From contig JBDRLZ010000010.1 of NCBI GenBank assembly GCA_043812555.1, forward strand, positions 1-41,914: 41,914 bases of DNA, in the 5' to 3' direction. The translations under genes were made by a program, and so were the position numbers. The stretch comes from a bacterium (GTDB lineage: Bacteria > Patescibacteriota > Minisyncoccia > JBDRLZ01). The notes beneath the pieces were generated by a model. It saw only the letters and a program-made list of their open reading frames with translations. It was not told the origin of the DNA and made no database searches. Shown one piece after another: positions 40,474 to 41,914 of this stretch (the stretch's first letter is position 1; the number at the start of each line of letters is the position of its first letter).

Positions 40474-41121
40474 ATGGAGCTTTACAAAAAAATGAATCAA
40501 TCAAACACAGCTTTGTTGGTGATTGATATAATAAATTCTTGTGCTCACGAGAAATGTGAAATTCCCGAATGGGGCATTTCTTTTTTCAAGATTAGGGCAA
40601 TGATCCCGAAATTAAAAGACTTTATCGCAGATTATCGGAAGAGCTTTGGAGGATTAGTAATTTTCGCTAACACAACCCCTTGGCAAAAAGAATATTTAAC
40701 CGACAATATTAACGAACTTTATACTGACCCAAAGGCTTGTTATTATTCAAAAGATGATTCTGGTTTTGCAGAAGAATTCTATTTAGTGAGCCCTGAGGCT
40801 CAAGATGTTGTAATAACAAAAAATCATTACGATGTCTTTACAAACAAGAAACTTCAGGGGTTGGCAAAAGAGAAAAGAATCCGTTATTTTATTATCACAG
40901 GCATATTCGGCGATGGTTGTGTTATGGCAAGTATCTGCGGAGGATTCTCACAAGGCTTTAATTTTGTAATTCTTGAAGATTTAATCGAAACCACAGATGT
41001 TAAAATCCGCCAAAGGTTATTGCAAAGCCTCAAAGAATTCACTTGGCCATTTATGTATGGTAAAACCATGGACTCAAAAAAGTTTTTAAGTCAGTATCCA
41101 AAACAACGGCAGATTTTTTGA
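40474..41121 (+). CDS. isochorismatase-family cysteine hydrolase
   Basis: ALLVIDIINSC (catalytic Asp region) and ITGIFGDGCVMAS (catalytic Cys). AAGGAG SD. Confidence 0.85.
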   Translation: MELYKKMNQSNTALLVIDIINSCAHEKCEIPEWGISFFKIRAMIPKLKDFIADYRKSFGGLVIFANTTPWQKEYLTDNINELYTDPKACYYSKDDSGFAEEFYLVSPEAQDVVITKNHYDVFTNKKLQGLAKEKRIRYFIITGIFGDGCVMASICGGFSQGFNFVILEDLIETTDVKIRQRLLQSLKEFTWPFMYGKTMDSKKFLSQYPKQRQIF

Positions 41122-41162
41122 TTTTTTGATCTAACTATGCAAAAAAGCAATTTTGTATAACA

Positions 41163-41188
41163 AAGCAGGATTAAACCCCTGCTTTTTC
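41163..41188 (+). terminator. rho-independent terminator
   Basis: AAGCAGG-attaaacc-CCTGCTT followed by TTTC. Confidence 0.6.
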
Positions 41189-41216
41189 TTGACAAATTCT
41201 ATTTTTACAGTAGTAT
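41189..41216 (+). promoter_or_regulatory. sigma70-type promoter (TTGACA-16-TAGTAT)
   Basis: TTGACA at 41189-41194 and TAGTAT at 41211-41216. Confidence 0.5.
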
Positions 41217-41302
41217 TGTAATTGGCTACACAAGATTATATGGTGTAGTTTTTTAGTTGGAGGACTTGTACCTTCAAAATTTATTTAAAGGAGGTAAGAA
41301 AA

Positions 41303-41863
41303 ATGAAAGCCCTAGTTTTAATTGCAGTAATGACTTCTGCAATTATATTACTACCCTTGAGTGCTCAAGCTGGCTTTTTCTTTGAAAGCCACAACAAGAT
41401 TGTTGACGGCGAAGTCACTCCTGTTCTGAACTTTTACAACACGCATGATATTAACAAAAAAGTTCAGGTATTCGCCTATTGCATGATAGGCAAAACATAT
41501 TGCGAGGGCTATAGTGGGCTGGCATATTCGCCAAGATCATGGCTTCAAATAGGAGCTGGCGGCGGTATGGAAACCGCAGACAGCCCCTGGCGAATTGCTA
41601 CTTTTTTCTGGGCTGGCAAGGGGCCTGTTTCAGCTATTGCATATTATGAAGATGGCGGCAGTGGATACTGGTGGCTTGGGAAAGCTACATACACCATAAA
41701 TAAAATCGTCACTGCTGGTATTTTAGGCAAACGATTTACTGGTGTTGGCCCCTTAGTTGAAATAAGCATTCCTAAAACTCATTTCAAGATTTGGGGATTG
41801 CCAGCTTATGATTTTGAGGACGATACCCAGAAAACAGTGCTTGGCATTTCTCTCAATCTATGA
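41303..41863 (+). CDS. small secreted aromatic-rich, beta-strand-rich protein, hypothetical
   Basis: Signal peptide MKALVLIAVMTSAIILLPLSAQA. Alternating hydrophobic/polar stretches rich in Gly, Tyr and Trp. AAGGAGG SD. Confidence 0.6.
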   Translation: MKALVLIAVMTSAIILLPLSAQAGFFFESHNKIVDGEVTPVLNFYNTHDINKKVQVFAYCMIGKTYCEGYSGLAYSPRSWLQIGAGGGMETADSPWRIATFFWAGKGPVSAIAYYEDGGSGYWWLGKATYTINKIVTAGILGKRFTGVGPLVEISIPKTHFKIWGLPAYDFEDDTQKTVLGISLNL

Positions 41864-41878
41864 TTGAGAGTTGTATTG

Positions 41879-41909
41879 TTGAGGGCATGCTTTAATTAGG
41901 TGCCCTCAA
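41879..41909. terminator. hairpin downstream of the last gene (possible terminator)
   Basis: TTGAGGGCA-tgctttaattagg-TGCCCTCAA. The following T-tract is weak (AATTT). Confidence 0.4.
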
Positions 41910-41914
41910 AATTT

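Noticed and set aside
1-41914. Alternative genetic code (UGA as a sense codon, as in Gracilibacteria/Absconditabacteria)
   Set aside because: Long uninterrupted ORFs with conserved motifs are obtained with the standard code. Several genes plausibly end at TGA (for example methyltransferase 1 at 33871-33873), followed by the next gene's start signals.

Overview
This is an AT-rich bacterial chromosome segment with small, tightly packed and often overlapping genes. The gene content suggests a Candidate Phyla Radiation / Patescibacteria-like organism, which is an inference: a T4SS_pilin-type pilin, a minimal VirB4/VirB6/PrgI apparatus, an S1-less PNPase, a short RsmA and many near-leaderless genes. 

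Positions 1-2100 carry the tail of a histidine kinase, a receiver-only response regulator, tyrS and two minus-strand tRNAs, Ile-UAU and Val-GAC. 

Positions 2.1-16.6 kb are a minus-strand type-IV-secretion-like island. It holds a pilin fused to a cysteine-rich domain, a split VirB4, a PrgI/VirB3-like protein, a VirB6/TrbL-like protein and a 1014-aa cysteine-rich protein. An unrelated AAA ATPase interrupts it and an AT-rich palindromic repeat family punctuates it. 

Positions 16.6-30.7 kb are housekeeping genes: a decayed four-helix-bundle gene, rsmA, a LysM-M23 peptidase, comM, a DksA/TraR-type protein, pnp, an NYN protein, a secreted thioredoxin-like protein, cysteine desulfurase, a DAP aminotransferase, dapF, an exonuclease, dnaN and dnaA. 

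Gene orientation switches immediately upstream of dnaA. There a 6.6-kb plus-strand radical-SAM RiPP-like cluster begins. It contains a Zn-ribbon PP-loop ATPase, three rSAM-SPASM enzymes, a PqqD-like protein, two methyltransferases and an unannotated 42-aa candidate precursor. A duplicated promoter-like element opens it and a strong terminator closes it. This cluster is the most interesting system in the window. 

Downstream lie a GAF histidine kinase, rpmH-rnpA, a frameshifted hicB/hicA remnant, an isochorismatase-family hydrolase and a small secreted beta-rich protein. All functional calls come from motif reading by eye; no searches were run.
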